Shown here: one piece after another, positions 11,137-23,190 of the stretch
How positions within the stretch are numbered: position 1 is the stretch's first letter
Layout: the number at the start of each line of letters is the position of its first letter
NCBI GenBank assembly: GCA_951406725.2
Contig: OX597821.1
Span: forward strand, 99,448,001 to 99,512,000
Source: Octopus vulgaris
Lineage: Eukaryota
Length of the DNA: 64,000 nt
Direction of reading: 5' to 3'
The notes under the pieces: generated by a model
Databases searched by the model: none
What the model was told of the DNA's origin: nothing
The model's input: the letters and a program-made list of their open reading frames with translations, nothing else
Position numbers and translations under genes: made by a program

Positions 11137-11310
11137 ATTTGATGTATACTTCCTTGCTCAACTCGTTCTTCCATCTGAGCCATACTCTTGACATGTTGTG
11201 AAGATACTGGGAGGGCTACATGCATCCATGGACATCCAATGATTGATAACATAATGTTTATGATAGCTATAACAAGTAAATCCCAGTGATAGGCTGATCC
11301 TTTCTTAAGT
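11137..11310 (-). CDS. SLC4A11: SLC4A11-like exon 14 (TM9-TM10)
   Basis: LKKGSAYHWDLLVIAIIN...PWMHVALPVSSQHVKSMAQMEERVEQG. Confidence 0.93.
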
Positions 11311-11393
11311 CTGAAAATAGACGCTATTGTTAATTTTTTGTTTTTCTTTATTTTTTCGTGAATTTGTTTTCTATTGCTAAAATGGAAACTTAC

Positions 11394-11559
11394 TTGTATG
11401 TTGCATTGTTAATTTGAGCACTTGAGATGTTATGATTGATGAAAAACAGTAATGATAGACTGAAGCCAAGGAAGAAAGAGGTAACAACTGCTCCAGCCGA
11501 AAGTTTGTATAAAGGTGCCGGACCAAGTGTAACATTTGATGGTAGTAATAATGGTTCCA
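11394..11559 (-). CDS. SLC4A11: SLC4A11-like exon 13 (TM8)
   Basis: ...LGFSLSLLFFINHNISSAQINN; CAG acceptor, GTAAGT donor; phase 1-2. Confidence 0.9.
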
Positions 11560-11644
11560 CTGTATAAGAAAAAAAAAAGTAAAAGTTAATTTTGAAACTT
11601 TTTCTTGATAGGTAGGTAAATGTAAAAGTTTGTCCAGAACTTAC

Positions 11645-11748
11645 TGTAGATGCTTGAGAATATTGTTGACACTATTGTCATAATCAAAATTGTCAGTGGA
11701 ATTGCATAATCAGCCAGCAGCTGTCTTTTTTGTGCACTTAAATAAGGT
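11645..11748 (-). CDS. SLC4A11: SLC4A11-like exon 12 (TM7)
   Basis: PYLSAQKRQLLADYAIPLTILIMT; canonical splice sites. Confidence 0.92.
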
Positions 11749-11830
11749 CTGGAATATAAGAAAAAAGAAAGAAAATTACCAACTGGTGTTTTTTTAATAC
11801 TTATAGTTAATGAAATTTAATTTAGCTTAC

Positions 11831-12071
11831 GTTTTCGTGAAGTTGGAAAGCGTTGTTGCCAACCATAGTGTTGCAGTCATTAGAAACATGAACAAAATAC
11901 TTGTCTCCTGCTGACATAGTTGATCCACCTTCATGACACCCGAGTGTGGCTGTTTATTTCGAGGAATGGCACTGAAGCGAGGGTGACCATTAGTGTCGGA
12001 ATTCAAGGTTGTATTCCATTGGCTTGCCGAGTGTATATCAGCTTGACAAGGAAAGTAATGTTGTTGGAAAC
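11831..12071 (-). CDS. SLC4A11: SLC4A11-like exon 11 (extracellular loop 3, TM6)
   Basis: FQQHYFPC...WNTTL (N-glycosylation sequon)...CQQETSILFMFLMTATLWLATTLSNFTK. Confidence 0.9.
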
Positions 12072-12432
12072 CTGCAAATGGTAAGTTACAGAAATTAATA
12101 TAGCAAAGATATTTCTAATTATATCTAGTGTCATTTTTTTTTTTTTCTTGTTTGGTGAGCAAGCCTGTTCGGTTAATGAAATACTTTTAGTGTAAATTCT
12201 AGCAAATTCTTAAATACAGATGATTTTACTCTTGTTTTTATATTTTTGTACTAAAGCACTAAATTTGAATTTGCATGGATTTTCAGATAGCTTTTTCATG
12301 GAATGGAAGAGATCTTTTTTATGCATAATTTAGAATTGTAAATGGTTATTCAGCTAAATTTCTCAACAAGTACATCGAAGTGCAAAAAATCTTAACACTA
12401 ACAATATGAAAGTTTCATAAAACTAAACTTAC

Positions 12433-12506
12433 TTTTATACATCTCTCTCATAGCCTCTGTAAAAAATATTAATGAAACAAATGTGTAGAAAATGTCTTCT
12501 GTGGAT
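12433..12506 (-). CDS. SLC4A11: SLC4A11-like exon 10 (TM5)
   Basis: (R)STEDIFYTFVSLIFFTEAMREMYK; phase 2 matches the exon 9 end ACT AG|. Confidence 0.9.
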
Positions 12507-14993
12507 CTGCAATTAAAAAAAATGTATTTTCTTTAAATTGTTTTTCTGTGAAATGTTTTCTCTGAATATAACATTTTTCTATACTTGGAAAAAAAGTGTC
12601 AGACATGACTATGAAAGTTTACTGTATAGACCAAAGATTGAAGTATTAATTATTTTTAAGAGTACAGTTTGTATTTAATCTTTCACCTCTTAATGAAGGT
12701 TTCAATGGTTGTAAATTGCCAAGAGTGGATATTAATGAATTTTACTTATTTTTATGTTAAATCTTGCATTATTGGTTAATAACTATTATAGGGGATAATG
12801 GTTGTTTCTCATTTTCAAATAAACTTGAAATGTCCAAGACATGGTTCCAGTTGTGTTCAATCTTTTCTGATTGACTATAGTCTGTAAATAAACAGAACTC
12901 GGCACTAGTTGTGCAATTGATCAGAGGCCTTCTCACCATGTTGAGGTATCTTTTGAAAGTTAATGTGACTTGAGGGAAATATGGCTTGCAATTTGAGTGC
13001 TTTCATTTTTTAGGGGAGTACATTAGTGTTTGGCAATATTTGATAATTATCGAAGGAAAAATTTAAACAATCAAAAGCATCTAAATACATCCTGAAGCTA
13101 ATGGAGCAGTATAATAGACCTCATTATTTAAAAGATAAAAGGTTCTCGGTGTGTATCTTCAAATTCTACCCTTCTAGATGTATGGTTGAACATTGCAAGT
13201 AAAATGATCCAAAATATAAACCTTACAGACGAGATGTTTAGAACAGCGATGCCACCTGATTACAAAAGATATTTCTTCAGTATGTGGACTTGATAGCATA
13301 AACCCAAGCAGTGACTGAAGGACAGGTTCCTGTGAAGTAGTAATACCATTGTGGAACTATGTTCTTTCTAAAATGTGAGTTACAGAGCACCTTTCATAAG
13401 AAACTTGTTCTACTCGCCTATTGTACTCTACCCCTACCTTCCTATTCTCTTAGCATAAAGTTCCCCCTCTCGTACAGTTTTGTAGTCTTGCAAGTTGTAT
13501 GGGGTTCTGAAAGGTGTTTGCATGGAAGAAGTGCTCAGTGAAAGCTGTAAAATGGTTGGCTTAAAGGAAAGCATGATGCAGTCCCTGAAGTCTGTCAAAT
13601 TGACCCATGCCAGCATGGAACATGAAGTTCAACAATTTACTAAACTTGGGATATGGCTGTCCTTTGGATTTTCAAGTCTCTTTGAGTGAAGTCTTCTACA
13701 CTTTGATCTTTTTATTACCATATTTCTGTTGAAATACACTTGTTTGTTTAGGGCAAATTAACTAGTAATTTTATTTGCAAGTTCTTGTTTGATAATTTTA
13801 AAATGGAGATATTTGTATCAGATAGAACCAGAGGCTGTTTGGGAAATGTTTAACCCTTTTCTCAAAATTGGAACACTTGAAATTTTGCCCAGGACAAAAT
13901 AACCTGTCTATTGTGGGATTATTCATTTTTGCTAGCCAAGTGAACAGGAACAATGAAATTAAGTGTTTTGCTCAAGAACACAACACCTCACCTGGTTCAA
14001 GAGTCAAAGCCACAATCTTATGATCAAAACCCTAACAACTAAGCCATGTGCCTCCACTGTTATAGAAATTGATAATGGAAAGATCATATGTCCAGACTCA
14101 CTATTGCATATCGGTGTGTAGCATGAATACAGCTGTAAGAACATCTGGCCTCACCTTAATCATTCAGGCAAGTACCTGTGATTAATTAACTAAATTGCTC
14201 TGTCATGGCTACTTGATCACAGCAATATTTTCTATGCAGTTAGATAAACTGGTCCAAGACTACACTTGTCAAGCAAAATTATTACTTGGCTGTAGTATTG
14301 ATATTAGCCGTTACATGCGCTTGCTTATAACCCATAAATGTTTCCATTCAGTTTTTATTTTTTAAAGTCTGAACTTGGAATTTAGAACTGGCTTACTTGC
14401 AAGTTTTCAATGTTGGAAGTCTGAGGTCAAGAAAATATTTTATTCAAGGCATGTTTTAGTCAATATGCCTTCAATGACTCTTATATTCACATTATCAACT
14501 TCCATCCATGCAAAACTGCTTCACATTTAAAGTAAACTCAAAATCAGCATTGATCAAAAGGTAGAATGTCACTTGTGTAGTAAGGTTGTGGGGTTGGATT
14601 GGCGGAGAGATGTACTCTTTTTGACTATTGTAGCCATGCTGGTGCACAGTCGATCGTACAGAAAAAAATTTTAATAATTATTTTGTCAATTCCATTCCAA
14701 ACTAAGTTATGAGGTGTATAAACAAACATGCGACGACACGAATATATATACCTGACTGGCTTCCACTGAATTCGTTCAGCCCATTAGTCGGGGTTCTAGC
14801 AGAAAACACTTGCTCAAGGTGCCATGCAGTGGGCCTGAAACTTAACACCTCGGGCATTCTTGTGCAGCAAAAGGACAAAATCAGTAAGCAAGGTCTGTGA
14901 GAAATTTCACAGCTAGACCTCCCATGGTCTCTTGAATGTAGGGATTCATCGTAGCTAGGCAAATAAGTATGTGTACATACATATATAAATTTT

Positions 14994-15305
14994 CGTAGAA
15001 ATACATAAATCCGGAGGAGAAGCACAATAAGATGTAGAGCAGTTAATAATATAGTGAGGATAAGCTGGTTTATGGGATTACCCTAGGTTTCTAGCTCATA
15101 AGGGTTTTAGCCTTACGGCGTATCTTCTGAGACCTCTTGAAAATATGGAGGGGGAGGAGAGAGAAACCTAGTTTTTACCCTCTCCATATTTTAAAGAAAT
15201 CCCAGGCCAGGAGTGTTTGGGATCTGAAGATACACCGTAAGGCAACCCCTTAGGCGCGAGAAACCCAGGGTACCTTATAATCAAGCCTATCGCACTATAA
15301 TACAT
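14994..15305. repeat. Hairpin element with one-sided leader; second copy at 1578-1755
   Basis: Shared leader GTAGAAATACATAAA...GGAGGAGAAGCAC...AAGATGTA.AGCAGTTAATAT followed by a palindrome ending in ACTATAAT / ACAATAAT. Confidence 0.75.
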
Positions 15306-18009
15306 AAGTACTATAGCCACAGTGTTACGCCCGGGTTGCCCACGAGTGCCCTTTCCCACTGAGTCTTCTATACTGGTTTTACAACCCCCAAAAGCGTCAT
15401 CTGCCCGGACCCCCGTCGTCGCTCACTTCTTACCTACGCTACTGATTTGTATAATATACGCATTGATTGCTCTCAAGCTGTGGAGAGAATAATTCGCTCA
15501 GTGATTTTTCAGGGACAATTAAATTCTCGAATAAAGTAACGGAATACATTAAAGAAGCAAAAATCGATAAATAGGGTAATTGCTTCTTGATCAAACTATT
15601 TAAAGTTTTTGAAATGAAGATTACAACGCCAACAAAATAGCTAATGAATTTAACTATCAAAAGTTAAGACGGTGCCCTAGCATGGCCGCAATCTGAAACA
15701 AGAAGAATAATTTCACATAACTTCCTCCATACATATAAAAGCTATGCAGGAGGAAACTTCGAAGTCACAGTCAAGTATAGTGCATTCTTTCAATTTAGTG
15801 TAAAATTGTATTTATAACTCAGCATAAAAACGTGTGCGTACATGTGCACAATGTCATTCAGTTAGTTTTGCAGACGAGTCTCTTGTTACAGGATGACCCA
15901 ATTTATTTATTTATTTGACATTTCAATCTGAATATTCGATCATCCAATGTAAACAAGAACATGAAATTTCAGTCGGAGAAATAATGCAGAAAAAGTAAAT
16001 AAAATAACCTTTCTGCTTAAGGGAGACAACTCTCGATTTTTTTTTTCATTCGTGTTCGTGAGATGCGCAAAAGAAATTTATTTCGTTGTTTATAAGAATA
16101 AAGGAAATATATACGTATATAGGAACCTTAAAGTTCACGTTTTTTATAGCCGTTAGATGTAAAATTAATTTGCAATAGGAAAAAGAATATAGCTTAAAGG
16201 TAACATTCTAAATTACCTGTATATGTCGTTTGTTGACATGAGCCGAGGTAACATGTAAATAAACACCTGGCGTTATGTATGTGTATGCTATGAATTAAGT
16301 TGAAGATTTTAATGATGATAATCTCTGTCGTGAATACGAACAACGAGGTAGTATGCACAGTTTACAACAGTCATAGACGACCTGCGACCCACGTGAGTTT
16401 TCGACTGGCATACCTAACGAAATATTGGTTTCTAATTTTAGTACAAGGTGAGCAAGCTCATTGGGGGAGGGAATACGTTGTTTACATAGACCTCAGAGCT
16501 AAACTGGTACTTATTTTATCGACTTAGGAAGGATGATAGGCAAAGTCGACCTCAGCAGAATTTGAACTCAGAACGCAAATTTAGACGAAATACCTATTTC
16601 TTTACTACCCACAAGGGGCTAAACACAGGGCGAACGGATTAAGTCGATTATATCGACCCCAGTGCGTAACTGGTACTTATTGAATCCACCCCGAAAGGAT
16701 GGAAGGCAAAGTTGACCTTGGCAGAATTTGAACTCAGAACGTAGCAGCAGACGAAATACGTGTTTCTTTACTACCCACAGGGGGGACAGACAAAGGGATT
16801 AAGTTGATTATATCGACTCCAGTGCGTAACTGGTACTTATTTAATCGACCCTGAAAGGCAAAGTCGACTTCGGCGGAATTTGAACTCAGAACGTAGCGGC
16901 AGACGAAATACCGCTAAGCATTTTGCATGGAGTTTAACAATTCTGTAAGCTTTCAGGTTTTACCTGACGAAATATTTTCATTATCCCCCCTCCCTCCTTT
17001 TTTTTATTAGTGCGGCCCACCTGATGAACCATGTTTCATGCCACCCGCTTCTTGAACATGGTTGCCTATACCTGGTTTAGAATTATAGCGGATTAGTGAT
17101 AAGATTCGGTGTGAGGTACAGGTTTTCAAGCGAAGTGATTCTGGATGGAAGCAAGTTATTTAGTACTGTGAAGAGGGAAGGAAAAGGCATTGAATGGATT
17201 TCTTTAGATTTGATATCTAATCAACAAATTCTCGTAGCTAAAAAACAGAGAGGATGTTGCTTGACTAGTTTTAAACATTACAGAATATTGACATTCAGAC
17301 TATCTGTAGTGTTTTAAAAAAAATTTAGGAAGTACTCTGATGTATATGAGAACATGTAGAGTTGGAAGCTTTCACAGATGTAACATTTTCAGCCTCTGAA
17401 AAGAAAACAACCTTTTGCTGTGTAAACATTTGAGAATGTCAGATCAACAATATAAGGAATATGATGATAACTTTTAGTTATTTGGCTGCTATATTTTCAT
17501 GCAATGCATTGCTTATTTATTCCATTACTGTAGAATGAGATTTGGCTATTGGGTTCTTTTTGGCAGGATATATTAGAGATTTTTATTGAATGGAAATGTG
17601 CATACCTAATGATATGTATAAAAAAATCAACTTGTGTAGAAAGGGAGAGAGCAGTGAAGGGTGATAGATACATTTCTTTTGGGTATATCTAACTTATAAA
17701 TTTGAGCTATGAGGGGACAACTGTAGTGTTTTAAAATGAACAGGATATGTAACTTTTACTACATTTTGATATTGGGTTGTACTTTCTGACACTTTCATTT
17801 GAAGGAGATGTGTCCACATATAATATGTCAGCATGGAAAATGGATGTTGAATGATAATGATATGTATATAATTTGGATATTGACCCTGGAATTTACCCTA
17901 TTCAGCTTATCCATGAGTATTGGCTATCAGGCAAGATAGTTGTAAACTAGAGATTATTTTATCAAACACACATCTGAAAATCTACAAATATCTGTAGAGA
18001 TTTTATAAT

Positions 18010-18202
18010 TATAAACAAGAAGAATGGATTGAGCAAGTCTTTTTAATACATCAATTTACAATTGTTTCATCCGAATTTGATTTCATCAATTTTGTTATAT
18101 TATGCAATGAAATATGCAAAACGGAAACATCAAATTTAGATGAAACAATTGTAAACTGATGTATTAAAAAGACTTACTCCCTGCATTCTTTCTGTTTGTA
18201 AT
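18010..18202. repeat. Palindromic foldback element
   Basis: AAGTCTTTTTAATACATCAATTTACAATTGTTTCATC is mirrored by GATGAAACAATTGTAAACTGATGTATTAAAAAGACTT. Confidence 0.85.
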
Positions 18203-18663
18203 ACATATGTTTATTTTGTGTTATACTTAGAAGCGATGTATGGTACCAGAACTTTTGACTTGTATCAAATATAACAAACTACTCCAAATCCTTTTTAGAA
18301 TGTGTGTAAGTTGAGTCTGGATTGGGCAGTTTCTACTAGTATCAAGTCATATAAGTTGTAATAATGAAGTCGTTAGAATCTATCTATCTGTCTATCTATA
18401 TATATATATACATGTTTGTGTGTGTGAATGTTGATATTCTGTGTTTACCACTGCTTGAATAGAACAATGATGATATTGACATTGCTTGTTGATATTGTGA
18501 CCAGATACTCTGTACTTTTAAAGACCTTGAAAAACAAGAGTTGGCAACAGGAAGGTTGCACAGCTGTAATTAGTTGTAACAGTATATGTACAATAAATCA
18601 TTGAAATGCTTAAAAGGGACCCTAGAAGTTGTTGATTGCTTTTGTTAACCAGATGACCTAAAT

Positions 18664-19109
18664 TAGGGTTGCCATATTTGAACTGACAGAATCCAGGTCA
18701 CTACCTTCAGTTACAGTTACAATCCTCTGTGGCCCTACCCAAAACACACTTTGAGCCTTTAGCATTTTATATATATGATATATCACAAAACCTCCCAAAA
18801 CTAGAAACCCTTAATTATTATTCTAGCCATAATGAGATGTCCAATGAAGACTAATCATGCAATATTAATTTATGTAACTACCATGACCCCTTCAACAAGT
18901 TCAACCTGTTGGGAAGAAAGGGCAACCCAGAACAACATCCGAAGATATAAAAGCTTCACAGATAACAAGCATATCAAATATATTTTCCCTTTGTCAGTTG
19001 TGGAAGTTTTTTCCAAGTGATGAAAACTGAAATTCTAGAGAATTTTAAAGATACTTTCTGAACGGAAATTTTGACATATGTTCTGGAAAATAGACATATG
19101 GCATCCTTA
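18664..19109. mobile_element. Old hAT-like MITE
   Basis: Ends TAGGGTTGCCATAT / ATATGGCATCCTTA; flanks ACCTAAAT / GCTTAAAT (6 of 8 match). Confidence 0.55.
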
Positions 19110-22100
19110 GCTTAAATAAGAGTGGAGGTGGATGGTCTGAAAGCATATTTGCCTGAGTAAGAACAAGGTGGAAAAAAGTTCAGAAAGTAACTTACTCTGC
19201 TAGCAGCACAGGGTTTTTCTCTCAACATGAAGGGCAGATTGTATGATACTTATGTTTGGAATTTGAAGCTGCATGATGGTGAAACATAGGTCTTGAATGT
19301 GAAGCATTTGCAAAGGTTGGAAAGAACTAGAACCAGTATGTTGGAACCTTTAATGAGCTGAGAGGGAACTGGATACAAAAAACAATTAAATCTAGTGTGC
19401 ATGTGAGGAGACTACACTAATACGGGCATGCAATGTGTATAGAGGATGACAGTTGTATAGAAATGGTGAGTGGTCAGGGTGAAAGGATCCTGTAGAAGAG
19501 AAAGGCCAAAGGAAACTTAGGGAGAAGTGGTGAAGACAAGTCTCAAGGAAATGGCATATAGTAATGCACTATATTGGAAACATTGTACCAAACTCAAGCA
19601 AGAATGGAAAAAATGTGTGTAAAAATAGTGATGATAAAGATTTGTAAATATAATATTTATATTTGGAAGGCAGTGAGCTGGTAGAATCGTTAGCATGCTG
19701 GGCGAAATGCTTAGCGGTTTTTCGTCTGTCTTTACATTCTGAGTTCAGATTCTGCTGAGGTCATCTTTGCTTTTCATCCTTTCAGGGTCGATAAATTGAG
19801 TACCAGTTGTTTACTGGGGTTGATCTAATTGACTGGCCCCCTCCCCTAAGATTTCGTACCTTGTGCCTAGAGTAGAAAAAAGTATTTATATTTGGATTTC
19901 TCTCTTCATCATTGTTTTCATATTAAGTTTCCACATATCATTCTCTGCTACCTTCATTACTCTTTCATCTCTCACTCACCCCTTCTACCAGTATGCTTCC
20001 TTGCTATCTCTCTGTATCTCTCTCATTGTATTGTCTCTTTCACAAGGGATGCCTGGGGTCTATCTATTCAGTCTCTCTTCACCAAACCCCTTCTTTGTTA
20101 CTAACCACCACTCTTTTATTACTCTCCTTCCTTGCATGTATTATTGCCATCCATCACTCCCACTATTTACCATAACTGATTTTCATTGACATCAATCATT
20201 TTCTCCCATCACTCTCTTATATCTACATTCTCATTGATGGTCATACTTTTATTGAATCGCTTTACTAACAATCATCATGTATCCATCACTCACACTCTAT
20301 TACTCTTTCATTTTATTCCTCTTTCATCACTCTTTCTTCTATCTGTGAGCACATTCTTTTAGTATTTTACCAGTTTCAGTGATTGGGCTGCAGCCATGTT
20401 GGGTCACTGCCTCCAAAGGTTCCAACCAATTTCATCTTTGGTACTTATTTTTATTAGTTGTATGATAAATAAAAATTCAAGCTTATTTTTTTTGCCGTGA
20501 AGGGACATCCTTCATCAGGACATGTATACTTATTTCTTTATTGCCCACAAGGGGCTAAACACAGAGGGGGCAGACAAAGGGATTAATTTGATTACATCGA
20601 CCCCAGTGCATAACTGGTACTTAATTTATCAACCCCGAAAGGATGAAAGGCAAAGTTGACCTCGGCAGAATTTGAACTCAGAACATAACAGCAGACAAAA
20701 TACTGCTAAGCATTTCACCCGGCGTGCTAATGTTTCTGCCAGCTCGCCGCCTTTCATCAGGACATGAATACTGCTAAGTATTTCTGTTCACTGCACTGTT
20801 CACATCATACTGATATGTCATCATCATTGCTTAATGTCCATCTTCTGTGCTGGCATGAGTTTGACAGTTTGGTAGGTGCTGGCCAGGCAGGAAGCCTGTG
20901 ACATGTTTCTGTCTCTGTTTTGGCTTGGTTTTTATGGCTGGATGCCCTTCCTAACACCAACCACTCTATAGAGTGGGCTGAGTGTTCTTTATGTGGCACT
21001 TGCACAAGCAAGATCAGTTTTGATGTGGCTTTTACTGCTGGATGCCCTTCCAAATGCCCACCACTTTACAGTGTAGATTTGGTGCTTTTTAAGTGGCACC
21101 TGTACTGGTGGGGTCATCATCATTATCACCATTGTTTAACATCCATGTTTAATGCTGGTAAGGGTTGAATGGTTTGAGAGGATCTGATGTATCCGAAGAC
21201 TGTATTGTGTTCCATTATCTACTTTGGCATGGTTTCTATAGCTGGATGCCAAACTCCAGCTGTAGAAGCAAAACACACATATATGTATTATCTCCCCATC
21301 CCCTGCTCTAAGTGTAAGTATGGCTGTGTTCTTTCTGATTCATTCTCACTACACTGTGGCTTGGATAAGTGTCTTTTATAGCATCAGGCTAACCAATTCT
21401 TTGCAAGGGAATTTGGTGGATAAAAATTGAAAGAGGCATATTGCATGGGTACACAAACGTGTGTGTGTTACAAATGTGTGAGAATCCTATAGCTCACAAC
21501 TTCACTTGAGTAAAATGGTGAATGATGTCTACATCCTTTGTTGAATTTATAAGTTGTCACTCTGGGCTTCCAAAAACCTATAGAATAAAAAAATCCCTTA
21601 CTTGAAAAACAAGTAAGAGTTGGTGACAGGAAGAGTATCTGGTTATAAAATTCAGTCCCAAATACCTCCTTGTCCAACTCATGATAGTATAAACAAACAA
21701 ATGAAAATATATACACCATAGGCGTATATGAAGGCAGCGAGCTGGCAGAAACGTTAGCACGCCGGGTGAAATACTTAGCGGTATTTCGTCTGCCGTTACG
21801 TTCTGGGTTCAAATTCTGCCAAGGTCGACTTCGCCTTTCATCCTTTCAAGGTCGATGAATTAAGTACCAGTTACACATTGGGGTCGATGCGATCGATTTA
21901 ATCCCTTTGTCTGTCCTTGTTTAGTCCCTTGTAGGCAATAAAGAAATAAATGAAAATATATACATCATAGGTTTCTGCACAGTTTCAATCTCCCAAATTA
22001 CATTTGAGACTATGTGGAAGATGGCTACCAACATGTAGTTGGTGGAGCCCTTGGGTCTGATAGAAAATTTCCCAAACTTCAAATGAAATCAATGCAATCT

Positions 22101-22625
22101 TGAGGATTGTACTCAGGGTAAGAGGTTTTAATCATCAAAGAACTAAAAATAGCTTTATAGTAATTGCACTTTCTTTACTCTAAGAATTCTTTTAATATTA
22201 TAAATTTATACACTCTTTCTATTAATCAAAAAATTAGCTGTTTATTTGTTTCATTTAAAGGGCTGCGAGGCCCAGGGCTTCTTTCAGTTTCTGTCTACCA
22301 AATCCACTCACAAGGCTTTGGTCGGCCCGAGGCTGTAGTAAAAGACACTTGCCCAAGGTGCCACGCAGTGGGACTGAACCTGGAACCATGTGGTTGGTAA
22401 GCAAGCTACTTATCACACAGCCACTCCTGCGCCATATATCTAAATACTAAAAAGTTCCAGCATTCAACTCAAGGAAAGAAAATACTGAAACTGCTGTTAT
22501 TTATGTCATATGAAGTGACAACTGTCGAGGAATTCTCTTTCTAGTCACATTTAGAAATATCTCTTATCAAAAGGCTGAAATACATAATACAGAAGATTAG
22601 AGTTTCATGAAATTATTAATTCCTC

Positions 22626-23190
22626 CATCCGTTCGTGGACGTTGCCAGCGCCGCCCTGACTGGCCTCGTGCCAGTGGCACGTAAAAAGCACCATCCGTTC
22701 GTGGTCGTTGCCAGCCTCGCCTGGCACCACCATCCGTTCGTGGCTGTTGCCAGCGCTGCCCCTACTGGCCTTGTGCCGGTGGCACATAAAAAGCACCATC
22801 CGTTCGTGGGCGTTGCCAGCCTCGCCTGGCCCCCGTGCCGGTGGCACGTAAAAAGCACCATCCATTCGTGGCCGTTTGCCAGACTCGTCTGGCACCACCA
22901 TCCGTTCGTGGCCGTTGCCAGCTTCGCCTGGCCCCCGTGCAGGTGGCACATAAAAAGCACCATCCGATTGTGGCCGTTTGCCAGACTCGTCTGGCACCTG
23001 TGCCGGTGGCACGTAAAAAGCACCCACTACACTCATGGAGTGGTTGGCGTTAGGAAGAGCATCCAGCCGTAGAAACATTGCCAGATCAAACTGGGCCTGG
23101 TGCAGCCTTCTGGCTTCCCAGACCCCAGTTGAACCGTCCAACCCATGCTAGCATGGAAAGCGGACGCTAAACGATGATGATGATGATGAT
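22626..23190 (+). mobile_element. RTE-tail repeat with internal tandem expansion
   Basis: Same tail as the LINE at 50820-51085 (GGTGGCACGTAAAAAGCACC...GGAAGGGCATCCAGCC...(GAT)n); other copies at ~450-700, 1100-1570, 43290-43680, 45400-45605, 56660-56935. Confidence 0.8.

Noticed and set aside
20495-20525. Additional hammerhead (minus CTGATGAAGG...CCTT)
   Set aside because: No GAAA follows the stem; the sequence is part of a SINE target-site duplication. CTGATGA at 17021 also lacks the rest of the fold.
22540-22575. Alternative terminal exon truncating SLC4A11 after TM4
   Set aside because: It has a plausible acceptor and a short frame only; the true downstream exons were found at 12506-10397.
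22626-23024. CRISPR-like repeat-spacer array
   Set aside because: The linkers are themselves repeated, there are no cas genes, the context is eukaryotic, and the unit belongs to a dispersed RTE tail.
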